From the NCBI GenBank assembly GCA_002482775.1, contig DLGQ01000039.1, positions 66,182 through 130,181 of the forward strand: a stretch of 64,000 nt of DNA, written 5' to 3'. The notes below the pieces were generated by a model. The model saw only the letters and a list, made by a program, of their open reading frames with translations, had not been told where the DNA came from and did not search any database. Both the position numbers and the translations under genes were made by a program. Origin of the DNA: Flavobacteriales bacterium UBA7690 (GTDB lineage Bacteria; Bacteroidota; Bacteroidia; Flavobacteriales_F; PHOS-HE28). This document shows, piece after piece, positions 48,585 to 58,334 of this stretch. Numbering within the stretch: the stretch's first letter is position 1; each line of letters begins with the position of its first letter.

Positions 48585-49126
48585 GAAGCTTGCTCGTATG
48601 AGAACAGGTCGGGTGTGGTGTTGCGCATCGCCCCTTCCAACAGGAGCAGATCCCGTTTGGCCGATAGCCCGCCAGCATAACCCACCAACGCGCCATCACG
48701 GCCGATGATGCGGTGGCAGGGCACGAAGATGGAGAGCGCGTTGGCCCCGTTCGCTGAGGCTACGGCACGGATAGCGGTCGGTTCCGCGACCTGGTGCGTG
48801 AGGCCCTGATAGGTGCTCGTGGCGCCATAGGGCACGTTCAGCAAAGCCTGCCACACGGTTTTCTGGAACGGTGTTCCGACCAAACGTAGCGGGATGGAGA
48901 ATTCCTCCCTTTCACCGTTGAAATACCCTTCCAATTCTTCCTTCGCACGCACGATCACCGCACTGGTACCCGCTGCATACTCCGCACCCAAGCCGCGCTG
49001 GATCCGCGCATCCACAGCCGTTCGCATACGCCGGTAGCGCCAGTCGCAAAGGCACAGTTCTTCGCCCCAAGAGCCCAATAACAACTCACCGAACGGCGTT
49101 GCCCAGGCATGTGTTATGATCCGCAT
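48581..49126 (-). CDS. ogt: methylated-DNA--protein-cysteine methyltransferase
   Basis: TPFQKTVWQAL...IPYG...TY, RAVASANGANALSIFVPCHRIIG (PCHR active site). Start at MRIITHAW (49126). Confidence 0.88.
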   Translation of the reverse strand: MRIITHAWATPFGELLLGSWGEELCLCDWRYRRMRTAVDARIQRGLGAEYAAGTSAVIVRAKEELEGYFNGEREEFSIPLRLVGTPFQKTVWQALLNVPYGATSTYQGLTHQVAEPTAIRAVASANGANALSIFVPCHRIIGRDGALVGYAGGLSAKRDLLLLEGAMRNTTPDLFSYEQAS

Positions 49127-49207
49127 AGCAGGTGCGAAGTTCCGTGTATGGTCAATAGGTCCGTAAACCTGCTCCGTTCCATGGGATCCACCGAAATTCG
49201 CGCCCCC

Positions 49208-50692
49208 ATGAGACGGATCGCCACGTTCGCCGCACTGTGCTGCCTGATCAGCAGCTATGCACAGGAGCCGTGCGTGCTGGACATCACAATAGATCCGCCC
49301 ACCTGCGTGGACGATGCGGATGGATCCATCACCCTCGCCATGGGCCCCGGTGGACCCTTCACATTCCAATGGTCGCACGACTTCGCATTGGATGCGCCAC
49401 AAGCAACGGACCTTGAAGTGGGTATCTATTCCGTTACCGTACTGGGCGATCTCGGTTGCGTTTCGGTGATCGACACGGTGGTGGCGGAACCCTTCCATCC
49501 TCCCTTGGGATCGATGACAACAACGGACATCTCCTGCGCCGGCATCGCCGATGGCACCGTGACCTTCGCTGTGAACCCCGGCCCTTACACCTGGGAATGG
49601 GTGGATGATGATGCCATCACCAGTCCGGTACGTACGGGTTTGACGCCCGGCTCCTACACGGCACTTGTGCTCGGCGGAATATGCCCATCCTACATCACCG
49701 GTTTCTTAGGTGACCCTGACATCTTCATCAATGGATCCTTCGCCTATTGCCCGGCAGCGCCACCCACCCTAACCACGGCGAATAGCTGGGGATTCCAGCC
49801 GGATGTGTTCCTGTGGAGCACCGGAGATGTGACCTCCTCCTTGAGCGTGATCACCGGCCTGGAGGGAACGGTATCGATCACCGCAGTGAACTCCGCGACC
49901 GGCTGTACCGCTACGGACGAAGTGGAACTCACCATACTACCGAGCCCTACGGTAAGCTTCAACATTACGGACAGTGTGTGCATCCACCTACCAACAGTGG
50001 CTACTGTGGCGCAAAGCGATGCCGACTCGCTCGTATGGCGATGGGCGAACAACGGCTACAGCAACGCGGAAGAACCCACCGTCGTGTTCGACCTTCCGTA
50101 CTGGCAGCCCATCTCGTTGCAAGGATTCGATGCGCTCGGGTGTGGGAACCTTGCCGTGGAAGACAGTGTGTTCGTTAGACCGCGCCTTCCAGCGGACCAC
50201 ACGGCAGCACAGATCCCGTGTACCACCTTGCTGCAACTGGACCTGCGCAGCACCGCTGATTCCTGCGCGCTCTTCATCGGCGACAGCTTGTACTTCAACC
50301 TGTGTAGCGGTTCTGTTCAGTTGGACATGCGCCGCTACACGGAGTACGACATCACCTTCTACTCCACACAGCCGAACCGGTGCGATGATACGGCCAGCAC
50401 ACACATCGACCTACGCACGGAGCCGACGCTCTTCCTACCTACCGCGTTCACGCCCGATGGTGATGGCCTGAACGAGACCTGGCCGGGACCGGTGGACATC
50501 CCGGAGAACGGCTACGAACTGATGCTCTTCGACCGTTGGGGCACTCACTTCTGGTCCACGCGCGATACGCAAGAGAAGTGGGATGGATCATCGTTCCCCA
50601 CCGGCGTGTACGTCTACACCATGCGCATGCGCGACCCCTGCGAGCCAACGAACGAGGTGGCAAAGAAGGGTACGGTGACACTCCTTCGCTGA
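49208..50692 (+). CDS. secreted protein with SprB-type repeat and T9SS type-B C-terminal sorting domain
   Basis: Signal peptide MRRIATFAALCCLISSYAQ. PPTCVDDADGSITLAMGPGGPFTFQW. C-terminus LPTAFTPDGDGLNETW...FDRWGTHFW...WDG...TGVYVYTM...GTVTLLR. Confidence 0.8.
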   Translation: MRRIATFAALCCLISSYAQEPCVLDITIDPPTCVDDADGSITLAMGPGGPFTFQWSHDFALDAPQATDLEVGIYSVTVLGDLGCVSVIDTVVAEPFHPPLGSMTTTDISCAGIADGTVTFAVNPGPYTWEWVDDDAITSPVRTGLTPGSYTALVLGGICPSYITGFLGDPDIFINGSFAYCPAAPPTLTTANSWGFQPDVFLWSTGDVTSSLSVITGLEGTVSITAVNSATGCTATDEVELTILPSPTVSFNITDSVCIHLPTVATVAQSDADSLVWRWANNGYSNAEEPTVVFDLPYWQPISLQGFDALGCGNLAVEDSVFVRPRLPADHTAAQIPCTTLLQLDLRSTADSCALFIGDSLYFNLCSGSVQLDMRRYTEYDITFYSTQPNRCDDTASTHIDLRTEPTLFLPTAFTPDGDGLNETWPGPVDIPENGYELMLFDRWGTHFWSTRDTQEKWDGSSFPTGVYVYTMRMRDPCEPTNEVAKKGTVTLLR

Positions 50693-50796
50693 AGCAGGCA
50701 TACGAAAAGGAACGTTGTTCCTAGCGGGTACTTCCGAGGCTCATCCGTGGATCTCTTTAGTGGCTCGGACCCACATGCGTTCAAACAACACCTTGC

Positions 50797-51270
50797 ATGC
50801 TCCACTGCATGGACCCTTACCTTGTTGACCTCTCCCATCCCGAAAAGAACATGACCCTCGAACCCCGCGAACATCACACCGAGATCGCCAAACTCATCGT
50901 TGTAAGCTCCGATCTGGTGGAGATCCACTACCACCCGGGCATCGTGTTCAACGCCAAGGCCGTGGCTGAAGTGCAAGAGAAGAGGCGCGCTGTGATGGGC
51001 AACAGGCCTTACGCCACGCTCACCATCATTCCCGAAGATGTGGACTACAGCATGGACACCATGGGAAAAGACCAGGGCAAAGCCGACCGAACCCAGAGCC
51101 AGTTGCTCGCCAGTGCGGTGGTGACCAAGGCCAGCATGATCGAGATGCTCACGAAACTCTACTTCTCCTACTTCCCGCAGCTACACCGCATCCTGGTAAC
51201 GGATGATGAGAACGCAGCGCGCATCTGGCTGGAAAAGCAGATGGCGGAGATCGAACGTACAGGGAGTTGA
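50797..51270 (+). CDS. hypothetical protein
   Basis: 157-aa ORF with ordinary composition. No motif recognised. Start is uncertain (several in-frame ATGs in the first 20 codons). Confidence 0.45.
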   Translation: MLHCMDPYLVDLSHPEKNMTLEPREHHTEIAKLIVVSSDLVEIHYHPGIVFNAKAVAEVQEKRRAVMGNRPYATLTIIPEDVDYSMDTMGKDQGKADRTQSQLLASAVVTKASMIEMLTKLYFSYFPQLHRILVTDDENAARIWLEKQMAEIERTGS

Positions 51271-51313
51271 ATTCGTCCAGTGCGGTCGATGCCCTTCAGG
51301 TACATTCGCCGTG

Positions 51314-51778
51314 ATGACGGCTTCAACCATTCAACCCATCCGCACGGGTCCGCACGATCCCGCTTTCCGTTCTCTTGTCGTAGAACTGGACAAGGATCTC
51401 GCGATCCGCGACGGGGACGAACATGCATTCTTCGCGCAATACAATAAACTGGATGAGATCAAGCATGTGGTGCTGGTCATGAACGGTGACCAACCCGCTG
51501 GATGCGGTGCTCTCAAACAGCTCGACACGAACACGGTGGAGATCAAGCGCATGTTCACCGCGCCAGCACATCGGCAGCAGGGCATCGCATCCACGGTGCT
51601 CTTGGAACTGGAGCGCTGGGCCACCCAACTTGGCTACACACGTTGCGTGCTGGAGACCGGGAAGCTACAGCCCGAGGCCATTGCGCTCTATACGAAGCAT
51701 GGATATGATCCCATCCCGAATTACGGGCCATACATCACTGTGGAAAGCAGTTTGTGCTTCGCGAAGCAACTGGCTTAG
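51314..51778 (+). CDS. GNAT-family N-acetyltransferase
   Basis: VEIKRMFTAPAHRQQGIASTVLLELERWA (acetyl-CoA-binding R/Q-x-x-G-x-A/G motif), YTRCVLETG, ALYTKHGY. Confidence 0.8.
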   Translation: MTASTIQPIRTGPHDPAFRSLVVELDKDLAIRDGDEHAFFAQYNKLDEIKHVVLVMNGDQPAGCGALKQLDTNTVEIKRMFTAPAHRQQGIASTVLLELERWATQLGYTRCVLETGKLQPEAIALYTKHGYDPIPNYGPYITVESSLCFAKQLA

Positions 51779-51949
51779 CCACAGGTGTCACCCTAAGCAC
51801 ATCAACGGGACGTTCTCCCGGTTCCCTGCCATCACAACATCGCGGACGATCAAGGGGCATTCGGTCAGACCAGCAGGGCCATCCGGCGATCGTTCAGCTG
51901 ATCTCCTCGGTGGTCGAAGTGCTATTTCCTCACCCGCGGAGACCATTGC

Positions 51950-52297
51950 TCACCGGGAAGGCAGGAAAGAACCGAGCAACAGGATGAGCCCACCAACACC
52001 GCTCAAGAGCATTTGCAGGAATTCGATGTCATTGTTGCTACCCGGCTGTGTGCCGATCCATAAGCCCACGAGCAAGAGCACGGCACCGAAGACCAGTGCC
52101 ACCCACCGCTGCCATGGCCTACGCTTGCACACGTACAGCACCGTGATCACCAGACCAGCGATCACCGACCCGAAGGCCACCGCGCCGAACAGAACAGCCG
52201 CTGCGATCGCCTTCTCCGTGCCCTGAGCCAATAATGGCGGTGCGGCCGAAACCAACAGGATGACCCCTATTGATCGCTGCAAATTTGCGGAGGGCAT
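51950..52297 (-). CDS. small membrane protein (3 predicted TM segments)
   Basis: 115-aa hydrophobic ORF with no overlap with better genes. Function unknown. Confidence 0.4.
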   Translation of the reverse strand: MPSANLQRSIGVILLVSAAPPLLAQGTEKAIAAAVLFGAVAFGSVIAGLVITVLYVCKRRPWQRWVALVFGAVLLLVGLWIGTQPGSNNDIEFLQMLLSGVGGLILLLGSFLPSR

Positions 52298-52353
52298 GGG
52301 GCAAGTTAGCCTTGAAGCGGATGGTGATCCAGTCCTGGGTTAGCGTGCGGATC

Positions 52354-53730
52354 CTACCTCGGCAACGATAGGACATGATCCAAGGCATCATCCGCCTTCA
52401 CCTCGATGTCGGGCTTCACCCCTACCTGATCCAAACGCTGTAGGTCCGCATTGTAATAATCCGCGATGGGAAGGAACAGGTGGTACTTGCCGCTGACCTG
52501 GAACATTGCAGCACTGAGCATGGCTCCCGCCGTGTTCTCGCCCACGATGGTGGCTCTACCCGATCGTTTCAACGCATCCACGATGGGTTCGCAGGTGCTC
52601 GCGGTCTTGTTGCTGGTGAGGATGTACAGGTTCCCTTTGAAGGCATTGGTGTGTGGGTACAACACCAAGTGCCTGCCTTCCGATGTCTTCAGCGCTTCGA
52701 TGAACGCTTCAGTGGTCCGCTCTTGCGCGATGGGGAGGTCCTTGAACGCTGCGGCGCTTGGCGGCCTGGTGACCTTGCTCGCCCACGTGTTCGTTACGAA
52801 ATAGCCGGCGTCCACCGTGTCCATAGCGAAGCATTCACCGAATGGCAGCGCGCTGTCCAAGCCACCACCGCCGTTCTTCCGCAGGTCCACGATCAGCGTG
52901 CGGAATCCACCCTTCAACAACGTATCGCAAATGGCATCCATCTCTTGCGTCGAGCCACCGAAACTTTGAACATCCATGTAGAGCGTAGTGGGGTCGATCA
53001 CCTTAAGGAACACGTTGCGTTCGCTCGTATCCGCTGCCAGCGATGGCGTCTCTTCCAAAAGCAATAGGTTCAAATGGCTGAACGGAAGCTCTTGTGAAAG
53101 CACACTGAACCCGAAGAAGAACTCCACATCGTCCTTCACACGTTTCGCGATCCGGTCCATCTTCTTATCGAACGTGTTCCACTCCTTGGTCTTCAGCAGC
53201 GCTCGGTCGTAGATGTTCTTCTCGCTGGTCGATCGTAGCGCCGCATAGAGTGCAGCATAGTCCGTCTTCTGGAACAACCCCGACTTCGCGATGGTGATGG
53301 AACCCGTTCGTTCCCCGTTCTTGAACAGCCCACCCTTGATCACCCCTGCCCGCTCCACCGCCTTGATATCTGACGTACCGAGCATGGGCATAGTCAAGTT
53401 GGCGAACACGCTGTCCCCATCACCAAAGCGCTGGAACCTACCATCGCTTAACGCCAACAGCTTGCCCTTCTTCGGCAGCTTCTTCATCATTCGGGCCAGC
53501 TTGCTCTTCACCGTTCCGAAAACCCTTCGATCCGCGTTCTTGGGTGACTTGGCTGTGAAGTGCGTTGCGTCCGACCACACAAGATCCAGGTACGTATCCA
53601 CGGGTCCGAACTCGGTGCCGAAGATGATCTGGCACTGCCACCGCTCGTCAGCCGGTACTTCGCTCTGGGGAAGTGCCAACAAGGGAAGAAGAAGGAAGGG
53701 GATCGAAGCAAGGGATCGCAGCATGCGCAT
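52354..53730 (-). CDS. S41-family (tail-specific/C-terminal processing) peptidase-like protein
   Basis: Signal peptide. LIVDLRKNGGGG and TSNKTASTCEPIVDALKRSGRATIVGENTAGA are the S41 catalytic-domain blocks. Confidence 0.8.
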   Translation of the reverse strand: MRMLRSLASIPFLLLPLLALPQSEVPADERWQCQIIFGTEFGPVDTYLDLVWSDATHFTAKSPKNADRRVFGTVKSKLARMMKKLPKKGKLLALSDGRFQRFGDGDSVFANLTMPMLGTSDIKAVERAGVIKGGLFKNGERTGSITIAKSGLFQKTDYAALYAALRSTSEKNIYDRALLKTKEWNTFDKKMDRIAKRVKDDVEFFFGFSVLSQELPFSHLNLLLLEETPSLAADTSERNVFLKVIDPTTLYMDVQSFGGSTQEMDAICDTLLKGGFRTLIVDLRKNGGGGLDSALPFGECFAMDTVDAGYFVTNTWASKVTRPPSAAAFKDLPIAQERTTEAFIEALKTSEGRHLVLYPHTNAFKGNLYILTSNKTASTCEPIVDALKRSGRATIVGENTAGAMLSAAMFQVSGKYHLFLPIADYYNADLQRLDQVGVKPDIEVKADDALDHVLSLPR

Positions 53731-53866
53731 GTGGGTCGGTTGTCGAACCGTGTGCCAAAGTAGAGGACACGTTATCGTATTCTACTGACATGTCCTTGAA
53801 TGGGTTTGAGCAAAGCAGGACCCATGGAAATCATGACCCGTCCTGAAATGGGACCCCGACCGGGCC

Positions 53867-54991
53867 TCAGCCCTTCTTCTTCCCGAACCAGCGCGCGTGC
53901 AGCGATGGTTTGCGCGGCGTGCCATCGTCGCTACCGAGCACATAGCCGAAGGGCTTCAGGCCGGGCACATGATCGAAGGCCACCTTGAGCACGGCCGTGA
54001 GGGGGATGGCCAGGAACATGCCGGGTATGCCCCACAGCGCGCCACCGATCATTACCACGATGATGGACACCAACGCGTTCAGCTCCACGCGCGAGGCCAC
54101 CACGTTGGGCACGATGAAGTTGTTGTCGACGAACTGCACGGCGCTGTAGAGCACCAGCACCCACAAGGCAGCGCTGGGTTCCATGGTGGCCAGGGCGATC
54201 ACCATGGGCAGCACGGTGGCGATGATCATACCGATGTACGGGATCAGGTTGAGCACGGCGGCGATAACGGCCAGCAGCAACGCGTACGGCACACCGATGA
54301 TGAGCAAGCCGGCGAAATTGAGCACGGTAACGATGCCCGCCTGCAGGATCAGGCCGATGAGGTAGCTCTGCGCAACGCCCTTCGCACCTTGCAGCATGTG
54401 GTGTACGGCACCCAGCTGCGTTGGGCTGAACAACTGATCGATGAAGGTGAGCAGCAACCGCTTGTAGAGGAGGAAGAGGAAGGTGAACACCGGCAGAAGG
54501 AATGCGAAAGCGAACACGCTGCCCATGGTGATCAGGGCGCCGCCCACCAGCTTACCGCCCCGGGTCATGCTCTCCTTCTTCGCCGTGGCCAGCGCGTCGT
54601 CCACGGTCTTGGCATCCAAGTCCGTGCGCGACAATACCCACCCTTGCAGTTTGCCGCCCAGCGCGCCCACCTTTTCCTCCAAGCCCGGCAAGCTCGCGCT
54701 GAAGTGCGCAGCTTGGGTGATGATGAAGTACGACAGCCCGGTCGCACAGCACATGGCCAGCAGCACAGCGAGGGCGATGGCCACCACGCGGTTCAGGCCG
54801 TGGCGCGTCAGGAAATTCACCAACGGGTTCAGCAGCAGGGCCAGCAGCAGGGCGAAAAGCAAGGGCACCACGATGGGCTGCGCCTGCACAAGGCCATAAA
54901 CCAACGCGACCAGGCCCAGCACGATGAGCGCGAGCTTCTGGTACACCGGTTGGATCACATGCGGATGCGTGGTCGTGGCGGGTTCGTTCAT
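53867..54991 (-). CDS. AI-2E family transporter (PerM/UPF0118)
   Basis: About 8 TM helices. Terminal block is NALVSIIVVMIGGALWGIPGMFLAIPLTAVLKV. Start at MNEPATT. Confidence 0.85.
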   Translation of the reverse strand: MNEPATTTHPHVIQPVYQKLALIVLGLVALVYGLVQAQPIVVPLLFALLLALLLNPLVNFLTRHGLNRVVAIALAVLLAMCCATGLSYFIITQAAHFSASLPGLEEKVGALGGKLQGWVLSRTDLDAKTVDDALATAKKESMTRGGKLVGGALITMGSVFAFAFLLPVFTFLFLLYKRLLLTFIDQLFSPTQLGAVHHMLQGAKGVAQSYLIGLILQAGIVTVLNFAGLLIIGVPYALLLAVIAAVLNLIPYIGMIIATVLPMVIALATMEPSAALWVLVLYSAVQFVDNNFIVPNVVASRVELNALVSIIVVMIGGALWGIPGMFLAIPLTAVLKVAFDHVPGLKPFGYVLGSDDGTPRKPSLHARWFGKKKG

Positions 54992-55119
54992 GGCGTAAGG
55001 CGAGCGGTGATCAACGCTGCCCAGCCAAGGTATCCCGTTATGATCTCCGAAGGGCGCTCGAATGGTCAAAGCCTACACACCGCCTTCCGTCCTCGGAGAC
55101 CCCGCCTTCGTGAGAAGCC

Positions 55120-55716
55120 TCATTCCTCCCACCGCACCGCCACCACCATTTCGTTCCGGCGCGCCAGCAGCTGCCAGGGCGGATCGTAGCCCAGGAAACG
55201 CACGGGGCCTATCTGTTCGAGCCCGGCCTCCTTCACCTTCCGCAGGAGCTCCTTCGCGTACTTCTCGAACTTCTCGTCACTGGAAAAACCACCGAAACGC
55301 AGTACAGCCACCACCTCTTCCGGAACGCGTTGAAGCTTCACGTTCGCGTCGTTCGGTTCGGGCAGGCTGTCCATGGTAAGGTCCGATGGCATCACGAAGC
55401 GCATGCGCGAACTGTCCGCTCCCATCTCCATGTGTACCGGGGCCGTCATGGCGATCTTCTTCCCGCCTTCGTTGCCGCCGAAGATGTAGCCCGCCAGACT
55501 GCGGAAGCCGGAATTGCTGATCTCCTTGTACGTACCCCCTGGCCGCAGCACCGTGGCGGTGAGCGCTTCGGGATAACGGCGGATATCCATATCCCCGATG
55601 GTCTTCAGCACTGCATATGGCTGCTGTGGTGTGCCTTTCGTGCTCATGGTGGTGTAGGTCTGGAACGCGATGAACAAGAAGACAAGACCGCCGATGATGT
55701 ACATGACTTTGCGCAT
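55120..55716 (-). CDS. SOUL heme-binding-family protein
   Basis: PYAVLKTIGDMDIRRYPE, GFRSLAGYIFGGN, IAMTAPV, LGYDPPWQLLARRNEMV. Confidence 0.85.
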   Translation of the reverse strand: MRKVMYIIGGLVFLFIAFQTYTTMSTKGTPQQPYAVLKTIGDMDIRRYPEALTATVLRPGGTYKEISNSGFRSLAGYIFGGNEGGKKIAMTAPVHMEMGADSSRMRFVMPSDLTMDSLPEPNDANVKLQRVPEEVVAVLRFGGFSSDEKFEKYAKELLRKVKEAGLEQIGPVRFLGYDPPWQLLARRNEMVVAVRWEE

Positions 55717-55810
55717 GAATGAAGCTGTACAGAGGTAACACCTGGGACAGGGAAATGGTGCGATGCAACAGCACGATCAGGTCATGCGCTCCTCCCACAA
55801 GGTGAACGAA

Positions 55811-55908
55811 CATCCGCGAGCAGCGGACAGAGGGCGGTGGCGGTCTAAGGAACCATAGGGGTCATCCGCTTATCGCTTCGCAAAAGCCTCGCGAGCAGCG
55901 GCACAGGA
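55811..55908 (+). repeat. structured intergenic repeat, copy a (two partial units)
   Basis: GCGAGCAGCGGACAGAGGGCGGTGGCGGTCTAAGG is a 3' part. It is followed by GGGGTCATCCGCTTATCGCTTCGCAAAAGCCTCGCGAGCAGCGG, the 5' part of the long form. Alignable by eye to copies b-g. Confidence 0.7.
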
Positions 55909-55928
55909 AAGAGACTCGCACTTGGCCT

Positions 55929-56492
55929 CTACTTCCCTCCCTCCTCACCCCCCATCATCCCCAGCTGCTCCATCATCTTGAACTCCTCCATATAGCCCCA
56001 GTGCTCCACCACTTTCCCGTTCTCGAAGCGAAGCACATCCACCGTATGCACATCGATGGGCTTGTTCGTAGCGGGCATGCCTTCGCCCATAGGACCGGTG
56101 TTCACGCCCTTCCAGCGGTAATGCGCCACCACACGATCGCCATCCGCGATCAGGTGTAGGTCCTCGGTCTTGTTGTCGGTGAAGGCCCCGGAGGACTTGG
56201 CGATCATGTCCTTCAGCTGCTGGATGCCCGTGGTAGTGACACCCGGCATGGGGATGTTAGACTTGAAATTCTCCGCCACGATCTCCTCGATGCCGTCCGT
56301 CTTCCCCGAGAACCACAGGTCGAGGAAGCGCTGGGTGGTCTGCTTCATCTGTTCCACCTCCGCTTGCTTCACACTGTCGGCCGACATCATGGCTTTGTGC
56401 TCGGCCATCATCGTGTCGTGCTCGGGGTTGGGTCCTCCGCAAGAACACAGGAATGCTGCTAGGGGTAGGGCAAGTACGAGTGGGTTCTTCAT
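55929..56492 (-). CDS. SnoaL-like/ester-cyclase-family lipoprotein
   Basis: Lipobox LAAFLCSC. LIADGDRVVAHYRWKGVNTGPM...ATNKPIDVHTVDVLRFENGKVVEHWGY. Confidence 0.7.
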   Translation of the reverse strand: MKNPLVLALPLAAFLCSCGGPNPEHDTMMAEHKAMMSADSVKQAEVEQMKQTTQRFLDLWFSGKTDGIEEIVAENFKSNIPMPGVTTTGIQQLKDMIAKSSGAFTDNKTEDLHLIADGDRVVAHYRWKGVNTGPMGEGMPATNKPIDVHTVDVLRFENGKVVEHWGYMEEFKMMEQLGMMGGEEGGK

Positions 56493-56576
56493 GCGAATTC
56501 AAGTTGGAAATCGAATGTAAGGAAGGGTAGCGGGCCTGGTAGCAAGCAGGAGAAGAAAAGTGATGACTGCTGCGCA

Positions 56577-56646
56577 CCGCAGGGCCGTCGACTCAAGAGC
56601 AGCGAACAGAGCCGACGGAGCATTCGGAAGGACACCCGGCTATAGG
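56577..56646 (+). repeat. structured intergenic repeat, copy b (short form, degenerate)
   Basis: CCGCAGGGCCGTCGACTCAAGAGCAGCGAACAGAGCCGACGGAG...GGACACCCGGCTATAGG. Confidence 0.7.
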
Positions 56647-56663
56647 CCGCACTCAGCAAGCGA

Positions 56664-57212
56664 TCACGCGGTCCGGCGCCGCACATACTCGCTCTGTACG
56701 AGCCCGCCGGGCAAGCTGCGGCTCGCCACCAGCTTCATCGGGATGTCGCGGTCCAGCGCCCCGAACAGGCGAACACCCTGCCCGATAAGCACCGGCACAT
56801 GGGTCACGATCAAGCGGTCGATGAATCCCGCACGCAGGAAGCGCTGCACCGTGGCCCCGCCATCGATGTACAGGTTGCGGAAGCCGCGCGCGGCTAGCTG
56901 CGCCACCACTTCCTCCGGTGTCGCGTTCAACAGTTCCACATCGCCACCACGGTCAAGCGCAGGCGATAGGTCGACGGCCGTGCTACTGAGCACGATGACC
57001 TTTTTCGCATACGGCCAAGCGTCAAAACCCATCACCACCTCGAAGGTCCTCCGGCCCATCACCAGCGCGTCGATGCCGGCCATGAAGGCCTCGTATCCGT
57101 GGTCCCCCATCTCGGCCGTGCCATCCCCTTCCAAGAAGTCCAACGCGCCATCGGGACGTGCTATGAAACCATCGATACTGATGCCGCAGAAGACGGAACA
57201 GGTGGAGCGCAT
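56664..57212 (-). CDS. dihydrofolate-reductase-like (RibD C-terminal domain) family protein
   Basis: ISIDGFIARPDG, VMGRRTFE, LYIDGGATVQRFLRAGFIDRLIVTHVPVLIGQGVRLF. Confidence 0.8.
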   Translation of the reverse strand: MRSTCSVFCGISIDGFIARPDGALDFLEGDGTAEMGDHGYEAFMAGIDALVMGRRTFEVVMGFDAWPYAKKVIVLSSTAVDLSPALDRGGDVELLNATPEEVVAQLAARGFRNLYIDGGATVQRFLRAGFIDRLIVTHVPVLIGQGVRLFGALDRDIPMKLVASRSLPGGLVQSEYVRRRTA

Positions 57213-57265
57213 GGTGCGAAATTATCCCACCGGCACCGAAGGCCATGCGGTCGAAATGGCGGTGC

Positions 57266-57340
57266 CCGATGGGCCGTCTACTCAAGAGCAGCAGACAGAC
57301 CCGGCAGAGTTCTGGAAGGACATCATGAGGTGGCCAAGAA
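57266..57340 (+). repeat. structured intergenic repeat, copy c (short form, degenerate)
   Basis: CCGATGGGCCGTCTACTCAAGAGCAGCAGACAGACCCGGCAGAG...GGACATCATGAGGTGGCCAAGAA. Confidence 0.7.
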
Positions 57341-57366
57341 TGTGATCCGCGCCGATCGCCTCTTCC

Positions 57367-58113
57367 CTACCTCCCGGCCGATAGACCCGTCCATTGCCGC
57401 ATCAACTCCAAGACCTGTTGGTCCCTTTGTGCCAACTCCGGCCGCTGCTGCCCTTGTCGGCGGATCTCGGCCTCCACATCCAGCAGCATGCGTTGCCGTT
57501 GCCCGGCTGAGAAGTGATCGAAGTAGCGCTTCATGTCCAAGGACTCGTCCAGCGCTTGTTGGTCCGCACCGAGGCACCCTTGGTCCAGGAACGTGGTGAA
57601 GTAGGTCAACCGCTCGCTGGGGTCCCAAACGCCGGTCGCATTGCCGTGGAACATGGACCCGAAGACCTCCGTGGTGCCATCGGCAAGCTGCTTCACGCCT
57701 TGCATGGTAGGCGTGTGGTTCACAGAGAAGAAATCGAACAGACGCTGGAGGGGATCCTTGCTTTTGTTGAAGCGCTTCAAATAGCGCTCGAAGAAGTGCG
57801 CGCTGAAGTAGATATCCGCATCGCTGCCGAGCAGATCCACCCGCACGGCACGCAGCCGCTTATCGCGACCATGATACCGGACCAGGCCGGCCATTTGCGT
57901 GCTCCGTTTGGTGCGGATCAACACCAGGATCCACTCGTTGCCGCGCGGCGAACGCCAGGTGATGGCCTGCTCAATGCGATCGACGCCCTTGGGCGAGACA
58001 CGAAACTCACGCTCCATGCGCTTGCCTAATGGCTTCAACTTGTTCACCAAGGCGCGCAGGTCCTTCCGCGCGTCATCGGCGACTTCCTTGGGTGACATCG
58101 AACGTACGACCAT
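57367..58113 (-). CDS. hypothetical protein
   Basis: 248 aa from MVVRSMSPKE. The longest-ORF ATG (58200) lies inside repeat copy d, so an internal start is preferred. No motif recognised. Confidence 0.45.
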   Translation of the reverse strand: MVVRSMSPKEVADDARKDLRALVNKLKPLGKRMEREFRVSPKGVDRIEQAITWRSPRGNEWILVLIRTKRSTQMAGLVRYHGRDKRLRAVRVDLLGSDADIYFSAHFFERYLKRFNKSKDPLQRLFDFFSVNHTPTMQGVKQLADGTTEVFGSMFHGNATGVWDPSERLTYFTTFLDQGCLGADQQALDESLDMKRYFDHFSAGQRQRMLLDVEAEIRRQGQQRPELAQRDQQVLELMRQWTGLSAGR

Positions 58114-58194
58114 GGCATACGGGGTTTGTATGCCGCTTGTACGGGTGCGAGCTGGTGGGGTTACTCCTAATATTGGCACGCTTGCGGCTTCGAT

Positions 58195-58334
58195 CCGCAT
58201 GGTCGTCCGCTATCGCTTCGCCAGGCCCCGCGAGCATCGGAAATCCCGCTGTTCAGCGGGACCGGTGGTGGTATAGGAGGACACCATGCGGCGGTCTAAA
58301 CCGGGGAGGGGAGGTGACCATGCGGTGGTCTAGA
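58195..58334 (+). repeat. structured intergenic repeat, copy d (long form with duplicated 3' arm)
   Basis: CCGCATGGTCGTCCGCT-ATCGCTTCGCCAGGCCCCGCGAGCATCGGAAATCCCGCTGTT-CAGCGGGACCGG...GGACACCATGCGGCGGTCTAAA...GACCATGCGGTGGTCTAGA. Confidence 0.8.

Noticed and set aside
51486-52226. 246-aa plus-strand ORF rich in Ser/Thr/Pro/Arg
   Set aside because: It overlaps the 3' half of the GNAT gene out of frame and is antisense to the small membrane gene. It is low complexity and has no support.
53897-55189. 430-aa plus-strand ORF
   Set aside because: It is antisense to the AI-2E transporter gene. Its composition is dominated by H/Q/G/R/E runs with no motifs, so it is a shadow ORF.
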